Assembly (NCBI GenBank): GCA_964036045.1
Contig: OZ038378.1
Location: 183,334,001 to 183,398,000, forward strand
Length of the DNA stretch: 64,000 nt
From: Eutreptiella sp. 'Long Island Sound 2002'
Lineage: Eukaryota; Protista; Euglenida
Reading direction: 5' to 3'
Part shown: in pieces, positions 12,101-25,082 of the stretch
How positions within the stretch are numbered: the stretch's first letter is position 1
Layout: each line of letters starts with the position of its first letter
Notes under the pieces: generated by a model
What the model saw: only the letters and a program-made list of their open reading frames with translations
The model's database searches: none
What the model was told of the DNA's origin: nothing
Position numbers and translations under genes: made by a program

Positions 12101-13694
12101 AATTCCATTAGGCTGCAGATTAGGGTGGCCCATACGCCTCCCGCATTTCTTTCCATGATGCAACTTTGCTCCTTTTCCGTAGCTCCAAGTTCGCAGCTTT
12201 CAAGAACACTCGCTGGTTTCCGTTGGGCTTCTCCCACAAGTTCCAGCCCCCCGATCCGTCTTCTATTAGCCCCAGTTCCAAGAGGGAGTATCTATTCGCG
12301 TTTCTGGGGTCGACCGAGACTAGTCCGCTTCGGAAGGAAATGATCCACATCATCAACACCAGTACAAGCCTCCGTATGTCTCTTCTCTGGGGCTGAGTGT
12401 TGATTTAAGAGGCAGGGCCACTGGCTGCTTCATGCTTGTCATTATTGTTGAGTTGTGCTCCAATCTGGGGGTGCCTTTTTTTTGGTCTTGGTTGTTGGTT
12501 GCTGTTGTTGGTTGTTCTTTGTTGTTGGTGGTGGTGGTGGTGGTGGTGGTGGTGGTGGTGGTGGTGGTGGTGGTGGTGGTGGATTGGATTGGATTGGATT
12601 GGATGCTACTGACACCGCCTGCCCCAGAACCCTTAACGTGCCATACAAGCCTGTGTTGTTTGCCTTGGTTGACCATTCCATTCCAACATGCCAGCCTGTG
12701 ACCATGCAACGAAACCCTTTCTCCCAATGGCCGATGACACGTCACAGGACCGAAACATGCACACACCCTTAACAGCTGCAGAAGTCGGGAGCGTGCTTTG
12801 ACAATCACTGCGTTGTATGGCCAGAATCAGGTGTCAACCATAGAAATCAGCTTCTGGCACCATCTTGAGGTATTAGTGGAGTGTGTCTGTTTCTCTGTGT
12901 TCTTCTTTGCTTATGAGTGTTTATTCTTGACACACGGGGGAACAAGGGTTCCTATCATGGAAGTCTTTGCTGTTGTTCACGGCATCCGAGGCCACACGTC
13001 GAGATGTTGTTTACAGGCTGTCTATGCTGTTTCGTTCTCTGCTGTTCTTTTTTTTTTGTCAACGACAGCCCCCGGGGACAACCAACCGCCAACCGCCAAC
13101 CGCCAACCGCCAACCGCCAGCAACTGCCAACCGCCACCAACTACCAACCACTGGCCACCCCCCGCCACCAACAGCCAACCGCCACCAACCGCCAACCAGT
13201 AACTGCCAACCGCCACGGCAACCGCCCCCAACAGCCAATTGCCAACCGCCAGCAACCACCACCCGCCAACCGCCAACCATTGTTCAATACTGGGTGTGGT
13301 CTTGCATGTGTCTTGCCCATGTCTTGACCATGAAGTAGAGAGCGTCCCCATGAACATTAGTTTGTGTCGGCATTGTGAAGGCTCTTTTTTTTTTTTTTTT
13401 TTTTTGTGCTCTAAAGAAGACCCCTGTTTGGGATTTCATTTTTCATCATTTTTCTGATTATTGGGGGATCACCTTCCACCTCCCGCCACCCTTCATGGAT
13501 CACTTGTAAGGCCGACGACGCCCATGAACGGGCGGGAAAAGTTGGCACCACACTTACGCTTGCGGGGGTGTGGGCGTGCAAGCTCGTTGCACTGTTGTTG
13601 CTTGCTAGCAGGTCGCGGTGGGCCACAGGGCCTGGCGGGCAGCTAGGTCCCTTTGTGCCTGGCACGTGGTCCAGTGCGGGCCCTTGGGTGTCCG

Positions 13695-13737
<43 letters not shown>

Positions 13738-16700
13738 GGCAACAAGTCCCGGGTACACACATCAAACCGCCGACGGCCCCGGTAGACAGCGAACAGCGTA
13801 GAAGGGATGAAGCCCATGGCAGCCACATCGCCCAACGAGGATAGGACAAGGCGGCACACGTACTAGGGATAGCAAGCGGAAACACGGATGATGACTCAAA
13901 CCGCCCCTTTGCTAAGAGGTACATTTGAATTGTTTTGTTTGCGTGTTTATGTGCTGTGCATGCATGGGCAGGGCTCGTATTCTCAAACCCCCAAAATGGC
14001 AAAAAAAAGAAGCAAGTTTTTTTGGACCAACCCGTCAGAAGCCCTGGTGACGGGTGTTTGGGAGATGGTTGCCCTGTCAATGCTCTTCACTTTGCTGCTT
14101 GTTGATTTCTTTGCATAATACTGTGGTTTGGTTTCAACCCGCTGGTGTTTGTTTGTAGTGCCCGAGAACATCGGCATGAAATACTATGTGCATGCCACCA
14201 AAGCCTGGACTGGGCAGTATCGGGTATGGGCTGGATATGACACGCCTGAGAATTTCCGCAACATTCTTGCAAACTCCATTTTCAGGTGCTGTGAACCAAC
14301 CTTCTGTCCGTCTGCCTGTCTGTGGCTCCTGCCCTGTCCCTGTGACGAGTACATCCTGCCAGCACGGGGACGCAGAAAAGTGCAGGGGGACAGTGGTGGG
14401 TACACTGCTGGAGGATGGTTGGCACACCGCTGAGGTTTGCAAGCACACCCCTCCGGGTTCACGGACACTGCCCTCGGGGCAGGTCAAGGACAAAGTCCCC
14501 AGTTTCTGACTTTTGTTGACCTCCACTCTCTTTGCACCGGGGACTGCCTTTGAGCCAGAAACGGTCAGGTCCTCCTGATGTGCTGTACTGCGTCATAAGC
14601 TGGAGTGGGTCATCCCGGGGTCATAGATTGTGTCGGGGTATAGAACTGTTATTGTGCCCTTCCTCGGGATTTAGTTCCAATGGAGGCCTGCACACAAATG
14701 CAGTCGCCGAGCATCCATGCAGTCACTGAGTATCCACAAGCCAGGCATTTGTGCACGCAGCAGCACACTGCATGCATTGACTGTTTTGCAGCTTAGTTCC
14801 TGCTGGACACAATGCTGAAACCTTTCGTCTCTGGGAATCGATGGAAGTTGGCAGTATTCCGGTGATGGTTGAGCCAGGTACGTCTTCTTGTGTGTGTGTG
14901 TGTGTGTTTGTGTGTGCGAGTGTGGGAGGATGTTTGTAAATGTCTGCGATGTATGAACGACATGGGCCTGCGTACCATGACCGGGTTGGCCAGTAACAAA
15001 CCATTCAATCACGTCCAACTGGTCTTGTTAAACGACCAGGTGCGTCAAGGGACGGAGATTGTCAGTCGTAAACAACGGTTGTGCAGTGCAGAAATCATCT
15101 GGAGTGCACACCAATACAGCTCTGGACAGAGTTGGCAGCGGATGTAACAAATGAATGATCTCAAAACAATGGCTGCCGGGCGGAGGGTAGAGTGTGGTGC
15201 AGACCGCAGTGTATCCCCATGGGAGGGAGGGAGGGAGTCCCTCGGGGCCTCACTGTTGTATCAGCATGTGCAGGTGATGGCCGGGGCCTGAAACCTGTGT
15301 GCACTGGGCCTGTGCATGGCAAGGGCAGGGGAAGGGGATGATCGGGGGGGTGTACAGCCTGCAAGCCGAACCAACGACTGGGCTTTGAAGATTGATGCCC
15401 CCTGCCTGATGTCCCCAACCTGTGTGTACAAGGGATACCTGAGAGGCATTCTTTCAAGTGCACCTGCAAATGCGAAGGACGGCAGGGCAGATCCTATCCC
15501 TGTTGGCCTGGTTGCAGGCTGCCAGAAACTCAGGGTACGCCAAAGCAGGGAAATGTTCAAGGAGCTGTCAACGGGTAGCCACCTCTGGCAACACACCAAT
15601 TCCGCAGGCACAGATGAACATGGATCCCAAACCCGCCCGTGCAAAGACAAACTGTCCTGTTTCCCTGCCCCCAAGAGGAATAGTGGCTGCTGGCAATCGA
15701 CGGAGGGGGGGAGGAAGGGATGAATCTGAAATGTACACACTGTTACTAGTGTGCTACGTACAAAGACACACACACACACACACACATTGCGCTAAACGTT
15801 GGTAAAGGTACAGCTAAGAAGGGTAGTGCAGCAAGGGGTGTGTACCGTCTCCGCACATTGGAAGTTAGTGTTTCATGTACCGTTAATACTTGCCATGACC
15901 AAACCTGGAGGCACAATCTGGGAACCGCATCAGCCCCCGGGCAGATAGACGTGTGACTGAATCCAGACTGCTGCATTGTCCTGTGACCTGACGAGGGCAT
16001 CCACACTGAAGACCATGCATGCCGACCCAGCCTTTGTCGCACTGCTGTTTGTTGTCGACAGGGCCAGACAAGCTGTGTGGCAGAACCATGACCCCCTTCA
16101 AAGTGGACATGCCCCCATATAAACAGCCCATAGTTTTTCTTCGCAACTGGTCAATGCTACCTGACTTCATGGTGCAGGCAGGTATGTTTGTGCTGCTACA
16201 GTGCCCGCTGTAGAGCTGTAGGGTTGAGAGTCTCGGCTCCATCAAATAGGTCACAACTATGGGGGCACTCTCCGTCTGGCATCCGAAACCACAAAGTATG
16301 ATGGTAGAGGTGGGGGCTCATTCAGAGCTTTCGGCGAATTTTTTGGTACCATGCGTGAAAATTTACCAAGTTTGGGTTCAGAGCCCCCCTTTCTGCATGT
16401 TGTAGTATCTTACACTTATGGGAGTTTTCCAATTGGAACCCGTAGCTATGCCCACATGTGTTGAGGGCTTTGGTATTTTCCTTGTGCTTGAGGGCAAGTG
16501 ATGCCATGCTACACAATTTGCTAAAGGAAAGCGGCATCTCCTGGCAGATCATCTTTCGCCACACCTCCATGGCCCCCATTTCTTCAAGTGGAGGTGACAC
16601 CCGTCCATTGGTGAGATTACCACATTTCTTTACCTTCAACCAATACCTCAACCCTTCACCGTATTCGTTCAAGGGCACCATCCTGAGGTACGCCGCACTG

Positions 16701-17554
16701 CCACACCAGGCATAGGGAGTAGATCCGCAAAAGAAAAGGATGGTGCAACACACCTACATATGTACATATCTGGGTAAATGTATATCTGCACGCATGCATG
16801 TATGTATGCACGTAGTATGTGGGTAGGTAGGTAGGTGCGTATGCATGCATGCATGCATGCATGCATGCATGCATGTATGTTTGTACGTATGTATGTATGT
16901 CTGCATGGCATAACCGCCAGTTCCGGCCTGAAAGCTCAGTCATTGTGGCGGCTGAGGTTAGGGACATGGGCTACATGTGGTACCCCCCCCGCCCCCATTT
17001 GAGACACGAGGAATGCGTGAAAAAAGGCTTCGCAGCCCAATCAGACTGTGTGTGTGGGGGGGGGGCGGGGCAACCAAGTTGGGGTTTCCTAGGGTCTGCA
17101 CAGAAAGCTGAACAAACTGTTTTTGCCATGTTTTGACCTGGACACAGATTCCCCTATGCACACAATCACACAATCCCCGATGCATGGACGTGCAACCCCT
17201 GGATGTGGTGTGGTGGGGGCGGGCCCATGTGCTGGAGGTAGACGTAACAAGAATGGGTAGGAGTGTGTTGCTGTGCAATGTGGGCAATTTTTGCTGCTGT
17301 GACCACCCGCCCCAACAGTTAACAGTTAACCGAGCACACGGCCTTGCATTGATTTGTGGTCTGCATCCGTTCCCTCTTTGGCAGCCCAGAACGTGTCTCG
17401 GTTCGACACCGTGCAGCGCAATCTGATGGGTTGGCACAAGGCGTTCCAAGACCACTACTACGGCAAGGCTCTGGAGGAGATGATTGCACTGGGCAAGGCG
17501 GGGCCACCGCCTCCAGGCAAACGCCAGTACCGCATCCAGGGGTTTCAAGCTTGA
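6156..17554 (+). CDS. RXYLT1-like: Type II membrane glycosyltransferase, RXYLT1/TMEM5 (exostosin GT47-like) family, 11 exons, 662 aa
   Basis: Hand-built model: join(6156-6833,6903-6949,9076-9136,9270-9341,9482-9726,11086-11277,12183-12373,14159-14285,14792-14877,16062-16181,17385-17554). All introns are GT-AG, phases are consistent, and the total is 1989 nt. The protein has an N-terminal signal anchor (MRWKVLLLVLPLCVLLALGV) and a G/A-rich stem. Motifs LLVADEYC, VFRTYY..RWFPLG, REYLFAFLGS, SLVPAGHNAETFRLWESMEVGSIPV, PIVFLRNWSMLP and RNLMGWHKAF fall in the order I recall for RXYLT1. The family assignment is from memory. Confidence 0.8.
10830..11060 (+). repeat. Dispersed repeat family A, uninterrupted copy (in an intron)
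   Basis: Two tandem units CCCCGAGA.GGCAGGGGT...TAGCC (10876-10903, 10921-10948) are followed by GGGCTAGAGGAGGGTGTGATGTTTG...GCAAACGTACCCTC. Homologous pieces occur at 39481-39532, 42852-42939 and 43743-43830, and there is a solo unit near 5757. Confidence 0.75.
12527..12605. repeat. (GGT)n microsatellite followed by (GGATT)n
   Basis: Read directly from the sequence. Confidence 0.95.
13078..13280. repeat. Degenerate 7-bp (AACCGCC)n minisatellite
   Basis: AACCGCC/AACCACC units are read directly from the sequence. Confidence 0.9.
16790..16905. repeat. (ATGC/ATGT/AGGT)n tetranucleotide microsatellite cluster
   Basis: Read directly from the sequence. Confidence 0.9.
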
Positions 17555-18714
17555 GGCAAATTCAGCTGGATCCAGGGGGATGCTGGGGTCCAGCATCGAA
17601 GTCAGTGTGGGACATGGATGCTACCACCAAACGGCGATGGCCCAGGGACGGGGGGAGGGTGGCTTAACGCTGCAGCAAGCGCATCCGGTGATCGGTGCAT
17701 CAGCGCGCCATGCTCTGGGGGTTCCCGGTTTCTACGTTTTTGGTGTGGGGGCTGGGGCGGTGGGTGCACAATTTCTTGAAAATCCTGATGCTCCGGTGGT
17801 AGTTCTGTGTGAGAATGCTGGAAGAAGGCGCGTGGTACTATTGAGAGGCAACCACGTTGTTGGTTGTAGCCTCAGGTCTTTTGACAAACCTTGGGTGCTG
17901 CAAACTTCCAATGTTTTCCAATGTTCGGTCGGCCTGCATAATGAACACGCTACCGGGAACATACCTGACCCTGCCCAACCAATTCCAGAAGTCAAGCCTG
18001 TGAGCACAGAGGTGGGCAACCACTGGGAAACATCGGATGCGGCAGGCGGCCAGATGTCAATCCCAGACTGTCAGGTCCCACAGGCAACACCACATGTGCA
18101 GCACATTTGCTTCCCTCGGTGCAGCACCTCGACCCTGCCCCTCAGGGACGCGCCTGAAGGCGCGCAGGGTGGGGGTTTACCCTTCCCCCCTTCAGGTTGC
18201 AGCTGAGTTCCGTCCCACCTGCTTTCAAGTGTCCACACCTGCCCTCCAACCGTTTGTAACTGCCAGGACTTACCCAGCACCCGCTTCTCTGTCTGTCAGT
18301 GCTCTGGAATCATCCCTCCAGCCTCTCCACTCAAGCATCCCCCCCACCTTAAGGGGCAGAGGGACAGGCTCTACGGGAACCTACCGGTAAACCAAATCCT
18401 TCTTAATTGGTTTGTGCCCCAAAACACAGCCAATGACACATATCTGTGCAGGGGGCCACCAACAGAAGCGTAAGCCAGGGGCCAACGGAGAAGGCCCAGG
18501 GGATCTCTGCAAGGGGGCACCGGGGCATGCTGAATGCGGGGAGGTTCGCTGCTTGCCATCACTGGCAGCCGGAACCAGCGGCCCCCAAGCCTCAGAAGGC
18601 CCAATGAGCTGCGTTAGGCAGGGGATCTAGGAGAAACCGCCGGGGTGAGGGGTGTAGCAATGACGGGGGGGGGGGTTCCCCCCTCTTGCCCCACACAGAA
18701 ATACCAATCCCCCC

Positions 18715-18980
18715 GCCCCCCTCACACACGTGGTGCGACTCGTGTGCCAACATGCGGCTGATTCCGCCCTTAGCCTGCATCAGTAGATCCGGTCCGCCCT
18801 TGACAGAAGTCGCAGTGTCGTGCCCTCGTCCACGTTTCGTGGCCGCTGGCTGGGAACCCCAGCCCACCACGCAACCGACGTACATTCCCATCCGCACGTC
18901 TTGCCGAAAATACCACCACCACCAGTGTCGCCCCCCAGTTCGGCCACACAACAGCAACCACTTTTTTTCTCTACCACATC
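18715..18980 (-). pseudogene. Possible decayed APE-type endonuclease fragment of a non-LTR element
   Basis: On the minus strand, LGGD(TG), then about 45 aa later SRADRIY, then ESHHV occur in the order of the APE motifs GDFN, SRIDR and SDH. The matches are degenerate. Confidence 0.3.
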
Positions 18981-21900
18981 GGCCCCCAGGACTGCCCACC
19001 GTCCCTGTGGTGTGGACGCATTCTGGTTGAATAGCAGCCCCCCGTTGGCTGAAGGCTCCTGGGGGCTGGGGTGCGTCCGCTTGGGGTCCAGAGGGGGCTG
19101 GGTTGGACGAAGAAGGAGGGCTGGTCATCCCAAGGGGGGAGCCGCTGCTCCCTGGCCTCAGAACCTACACAATGCAAATTCCTGCTACTCAGTGTTCAGG
19201 TAAAGGTAGGGCCAGACTTACTCCTTACCCAAGCCCTAACCCTATGCAAACATAACCCTGACCATAAGCAATTATGAGGGCATGTGTAAGTGTACTTCCA
19301 TACAAGCCTGTCACTGACCCTAAGCCAAATCAAGATACTCTATTTTGACCCAGCTGGTGGTGCAAGGGCCTTCACAATACGCGATGGGCCTGGGCTTTGC
19401 GAATAGGAGGGGGGGCGGGCATTTCAGTGCGTTTTCCAACCCCGCGTGATGTCACGGGTGTGTTGGTGCTAGCAGAAGCAGCGGCAGCAGCACATACATG
19501 AAAACACACAGGAAAAGGGAGATTGATTTGCAAAGGGTCAAGCTGACCTAAGGCGCCTTTTGCACACTTGTCCGCTGAAAGTAAAATCGCACCCAGGGTG
19601 ATCTGAACGGTCAGGCACACAGCAATCCAGTAAACAGAGCAGGAGTCACATTGCTACTGCTACGAAAATCACACAGGGGCCCTTCTTCAACTTCCGCTCC
19701 AACAATCAATTCCATGGTTCCAAAAGTCATGGAAACCACACCTCCTGTGCTTTGAACAAGCTGCGGTCTGCGGAAGGGGGTGGGATTCCGTACGGGCAGG
19801 CACAACCGGCGTCCTGTGCTTTGTCTTTGTGTGACCTGTTGTTCATTGAGGTTGCTTTTTTGTCCATCGGGAGTTGGGAAAGGAAAAGCACCATTTTCCC
19901 CCTCAGAGTTGATTGTTTATCCCACTGCTCACCATTGGCCCACAACTCTCCAATAGCGTCCGCTGGCGCGCACGGGGTGGGGCATGAGTTCACTGCCAAA
20001 AAAATGGTACTTACTCATCCCCCCGGCCTGTCCTCTCCACCCAGTGGCGTAACACCTCCCCAGCGCCCCCACCCAAGGGGGTACCTGAATTGAGGGGCTG
20101 AATGATACCTGCCAGTGCAAAACGCCGCTAAACAGCCTTTTCATACCCAGGATTCCACCGTGTTGGGGGTTGTAATCGCTTCGCAGTTTAAGGTAAGGAC
20201 GATCCACCTCACCGCATTTCGTAGTCTCTAATGGTTGATCCTTCTGGACTCAATCTGTGCGGGCTGACAGAAAGCTGGAGGACTGCAGACCGGAACACCC
20301 ACAGGGGCCCCCAGCAGGGCAACATAGATACCCATACTGGGGATGGACCCAGCAGCTGTGGGTCTGGCACAGGGGGTTCTGGTGTTCAGGCCATCTACGA
20401 ATAAAACAACCTGAGTCCAGGGCAGCAGACAGCCCACAGAGCAGGAGGAACCAAAGCATGGGCCCATGTCCCTGCAAATGTGGCCTCTCCGTGTGTTCGG
20501 CTACGCGCTACTCGTGTGTGTACTGCGTATGTACGCAATACTCCACAGTGCATTGTGATATCGATCTCTGGGAAGGTCTGGCCAGGCAGGACAGCTGAAC
20601 TCTTGGATGCGCTTAACCAAAAAGCGCGTCAGGGGAATGCAACAAGAGGATCCACTCGACAATGGCCCTGTGCATAGCACCAGCGCCAATAAGCAATGGG
20701 TTGGTCAGTGCCAATGTTGTGTGCTCGTTTTGTCATCGTAATTGGTTGAAAGGAGCAGTAGAGGTAGAGGGGTTTGATCATGTTAATATTTGTCTGTTGT
20801 GCTTGCTGAGTGTCAGAAAGCATGTGTGCATAACGCGGCCTGCTTCATCTTTCATGGGTTCTTGGGGGGGGCATCTTTGTGTGCGGTTGGCTGCACTCTT
20901 ATCAAACAATGGGACACGCCGTGCAAAAGTGTTGTTCAACAATCACTGGGTTTTGGATCCCACACAAGTGCTTCCTGCCTTGCGCATGTGTATCGATACG
21001 CCATTGCAGCTGTTTCAAGCTATTGTAGAGGTCGTGCGCTTGCCAAAACCTTGGCACCATTTGGCGAGTAAAGTTCGTTTGGCTTTGGCAACCAAGTTTC
21101 CCATTATCACAATAGAGTTGATGTGGCCTGCTGGAGCTGGAGCTGGAGCCGAATTTGTCGCGAAAAAACCAATGCGCACCCAACGATGGCTCATGCTGGC
21201 AACCTGTGCACCACTGAGTGAGACAAATCAAAATCCGCGTCAGAGATTGGCCATGCAGATTTGTCCTGATATATTCAAACTTTTTGAAAAAAGCAAGAGT
21301 TTGGACGTATTAATTTGTCACAATATATTCGAAAATTTCAAAAAATAATAATAAAAAAAAAAGCAAAGGGCCCGAGCGACCCCCGGGCCATGGTGGCAAC
21401 TTGGGTTGCCTCACACTCCCAAATAACATCAATGCATGCATATGAAGCAGATTTGATAGATAATGGGGCGTCCACATAGGGCAAAGTGAGGATTTTTGAG
21501 GGGTTGTGGTGGTTTGTACCATGGTGCAAAGCCCCATACACATTATCTCCTCCACATCATTCATGGGCTCTTCTTTAACTTTTGTAACTTTCGGCGGGGT
21601 TGGAGAATGACAATTTGAAGATGTCACTCAAATAATCAACATCAATAATCTTGCTTCTTTTTGGTGGCAATGTGATAGTTCACCTCAAAATTCAGCAATA
21701 CAAATCTGAATTTGGTATTTCTGGTTAGCATTTCCCGCTGCGGCAATGTGCAGTTGCAAACAAGCTGTCCAGTGTGCAACTACTTCGTCTACGAGAAAGT
21801 TTCCTGCCTAAAAGGTACTTTGAAGTTCTTTCGCACCACAGTGAACTATGTGACTTGCCACAAGTGGTGATGCAACTGAGCCGCATCAGCCCCCCTGCTG

Positions 21901-22950
21901 TGAGCCCGAAGTAGTTCATCGGAAGGACTTCGCCATACATTTTTTTCCGCATCCAATTGCCAGACCTTTTATTGGGGTTGAGGAAGGAAAGGCTGTGGAA
22001 AACAACCCAATGTGAAATGATGTGTCTAACCACTGATGCCTGATGCCTGCGGATGAACTTGTTGGTTTCGGTCAGTGTGTTTGCTTCATGGTACCGGAGA
22101 TGCACACATTGCTCACACAGTTGTTATTGGCTCATGGCCCATTGCTCGTGTGTGCCCGTCACTGTGAATAAGCCCAATTGACAAGAAGTTCTCCAACACA
22201 TGACAGTTTTCATTGCATAAAAAACGGATTTCAACCACATAGATATCGTTGTGAATGAATATGAAGCGCAAATAGAAGGCATGAGGCGGGTGCACGCAGC
22301 GTGTGACTGAGGCTGCTCAGTCCCAAATGAACTGTTGGATAAGGAGGTGGCTTAAGATGGACTGATGACTGCTGATTTTCGCTCAATGAGTGTATGAAAC
22401 TGCATAAGTGGCGGCATGCAACGGCCGGATGTAGCCCATGCAAAGGCGGTGAGCGTCTCCATATGAGGGAGTTCTCCCTCACTCTTCACACCGGCATAGG
22501 GCAGAGAAACATTGGCTGAAATGAGAGTGGTGATCGACAGAGCGTGACATGGAGTGTCAGTTCCTTTGTGCGCCACAAACATTGCCGTAGTGCTATTCAT
22601 CAGGACAAGCAAGGACAAGCAGGGGAACACGCATTCGGAAGATCGGAGGCTAACTGAGTGCGCTCTACTCATGTGCCTTGGAATATTGGGTGCAAAACGG
22701 GGATAAGGAATTCGCCTTCCGTTGGCATAAAGTCAATGTTGACTATACTTTGAAGTCGGACGCCATCACGTCACCCAAGCAAGGGTTTTCTTTGTGGTCG
22801 CCCACATCTATCGCTGTTACCATCATCATATTATACTAATATTGCTATTAGCATCGCAAGTTCTTTGGTGCCACACATGATTTTTACCAAGCAGGTCTAA
22901 TCAGGAGCCAGGGCTTTCTTGCGTCTGCGTGCTGCTCCCTTGTGCTGCAG

Positions 22951-23108
22951 ATTCTTGTGCATCCCGGAGCTGCCACGCAAAAAGAAGACTTTGGCCACAA
23001 TTCCGCATGAGGAGAGTGCTGCTTCAAAGCTGTGTTGGAAGGCGTATGCACAGACAAAGTTCCAGAATTCTTTCCAGACCGTGTTGTCGTTATTGGCGTT
23101 GATCTTAG
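22951..23108 (+). CDS. Candidate internal exon of an unassembled gene
   Basis: The segment is bounded by tgctgcag| and |gtacaa, with open frame FLCIPELPRKKKTLATIPHEESAASKLCWKAYAQTKFQNSFQTVLSLLALIL. Partner exons were not established. Confidence 0.4.
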
Positions 23109-25082
23109 GTACAAAAAGGAGAAGGGAAACAATGACGAAACTGAAGACGGAGCACCATCCGGCAGTACGGGGCCACCAAGGGAGCGTTCTTGTTTGTCCA
23201 CACCCGCATGAGAGCGTGAGAGCGGGGCTGTGGCATTTTCGTTGTTTGGTGCATTCTTGATGCTTGGACTGAAAACCTGATTCGGGGCAGCACATAGGAA
23301 AATCCGATGGCCGTGAAGCTGCTACCTCTGTTGCAATGTACACGGAGTGTCATGAAAAAACAATTGTTCACACAATTGTCTGAACCATCTGTGCCTTGGA
23401 TGTTCTACTACAGTGCACGCAACAGCAACCCCCCCGTTTCGAGGACCGTTTCGGTGGATAGGGTCGTGTGGCCCAGTCTCCAACAAGCAGTACGCACTTC
23501 ATCCAACACCATCCATGGCCTTACAGGCCCCTGACACTCTCTCTTGTGACGCTGTACTTGATTTGGCACAGCCTTCCCTCATGTCGCTCCGTTCATGCTG
23601 CAACAGCATCTTCAGGACAGCCCCCTCATGCCCCACCGCCACTTTGATTGTCTTTTTGGGGAAAATAATGATTTTACAAGGGGACATTTGACATCAAATA
23701 TCATGCCGTGGGGTATGCTACGCGAATGAACCCCCCCAAAAGGGGGCCTATACGATGCCTGCGCCTGCGATTGATCTAGCAACCTCTCTTCGGGGTGATT
23801 TTGACGAAAAATGGTGTGCCAATATTGTTGCATCCACAACCTTCGGGAGCGGCTAAGAACCTTGCTAGGCTTGGGGAGGGGGGGCGCAGCGCCCCTTGCA
23901 AGCCAAGCCACCCAGGCCCTGTATTGTCTCTTTTGTAATTTCTCTATTGTATATTTCTTTTCTTTTCTTTTTTTTTAACAATGCATGAGATCGTGTTGTG
24001 GTAGACATTATTGTCGTTGGTTTTTCAGTCATATGGAGCACAATTAGGGTGATCTGCTAGGTTGTATTGCTCTTCTTTTTCCAGTAAAGCAATTACACAA
24101 AATTGTCAACTGGTTTTGATTGGGTTCATGGAGTAAAAATGTCACCTGGTAGCATCAGCAAATTGTAGCATTGCACAAGATAAGTCTGGTGTTTGTTTTG
24201 TTCACTAGCTTGTTGATAATTGCCTGCTGAGATGTCATTCACATATACATTTTGCGCTGAAAAGAAAGTGGGCACAATGTTGAAGTTCTATATAAGCTTA
24301 CAAATATGTCACCGGACCCAATGCCGTCACATGTTTGGAGAGCATGACATTGGTACTTATGTCGTCGCCCGCCTTGTTGCACTATGTGCTTTCACCATGG
24401 AAAGAACACAATACGACTAATTCGCTACTTGTGCCAGGCTGGGAGGTGTTATGAGACTCTCATACATTGGCCACACGTTCATGTGTGCAATGAACACGGT
24501 ATCCGAACACTTGGTGTTGGGACGTTTGTTTAAGGTTGTCATGTTTGCTAGGCACAGGGGAAATTGGGTTGCTTTTTGTGTGCCCAGGGTTTACCTCAGG
24601 TTTGTCAACAAACAACAACGAACAACAACAAACAATGACGAACCTTGGAAAACTGCAAGAGACCAAAAATGATGAACAGGCTATGCAAGTGCAAGTGCAA
24701 GTACCTTACCCCTCCCCTTGTAATCTCCCCCCCCCCAATGGTTCCCCCCCACGGGGGGGATGGTCACGAAGTGACGGTTCCCCCCCTTGAGGGGGGGGGG
24801 GGGGATTGCACCACCAAACCATAACACTTCAAAAGTGCGGAAGGGAATATCAGCTACGGGGCTCAATTGGGAGGCATGTTGAGGTACAGCAAAAATGATT
24901 CCCGCCCGTTTCCCCCTTAAATGCCCTCGAAACCCTTCATCGCTCGCTTCGCTGCTCAAGAGACATGCTCCCTAGCACTCCTCCCGCACCCCTCCCCCAT
25001 CACCCCCCCCCCCCCCCCCGCAACCCACGTGTTCCCGGCAGCTCAGTCCCAGTATTCAACCTTGATTAGAGTTAGGGTTAGG

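Noticed and set aside
17484-18206. 240-aa plus-strand ORF overlapping the last glycosyltransferase exon
   Set aside because: It is in a different frame from the supported exon, shows no motif, and its composition looks like antisense or decayed element sequence.
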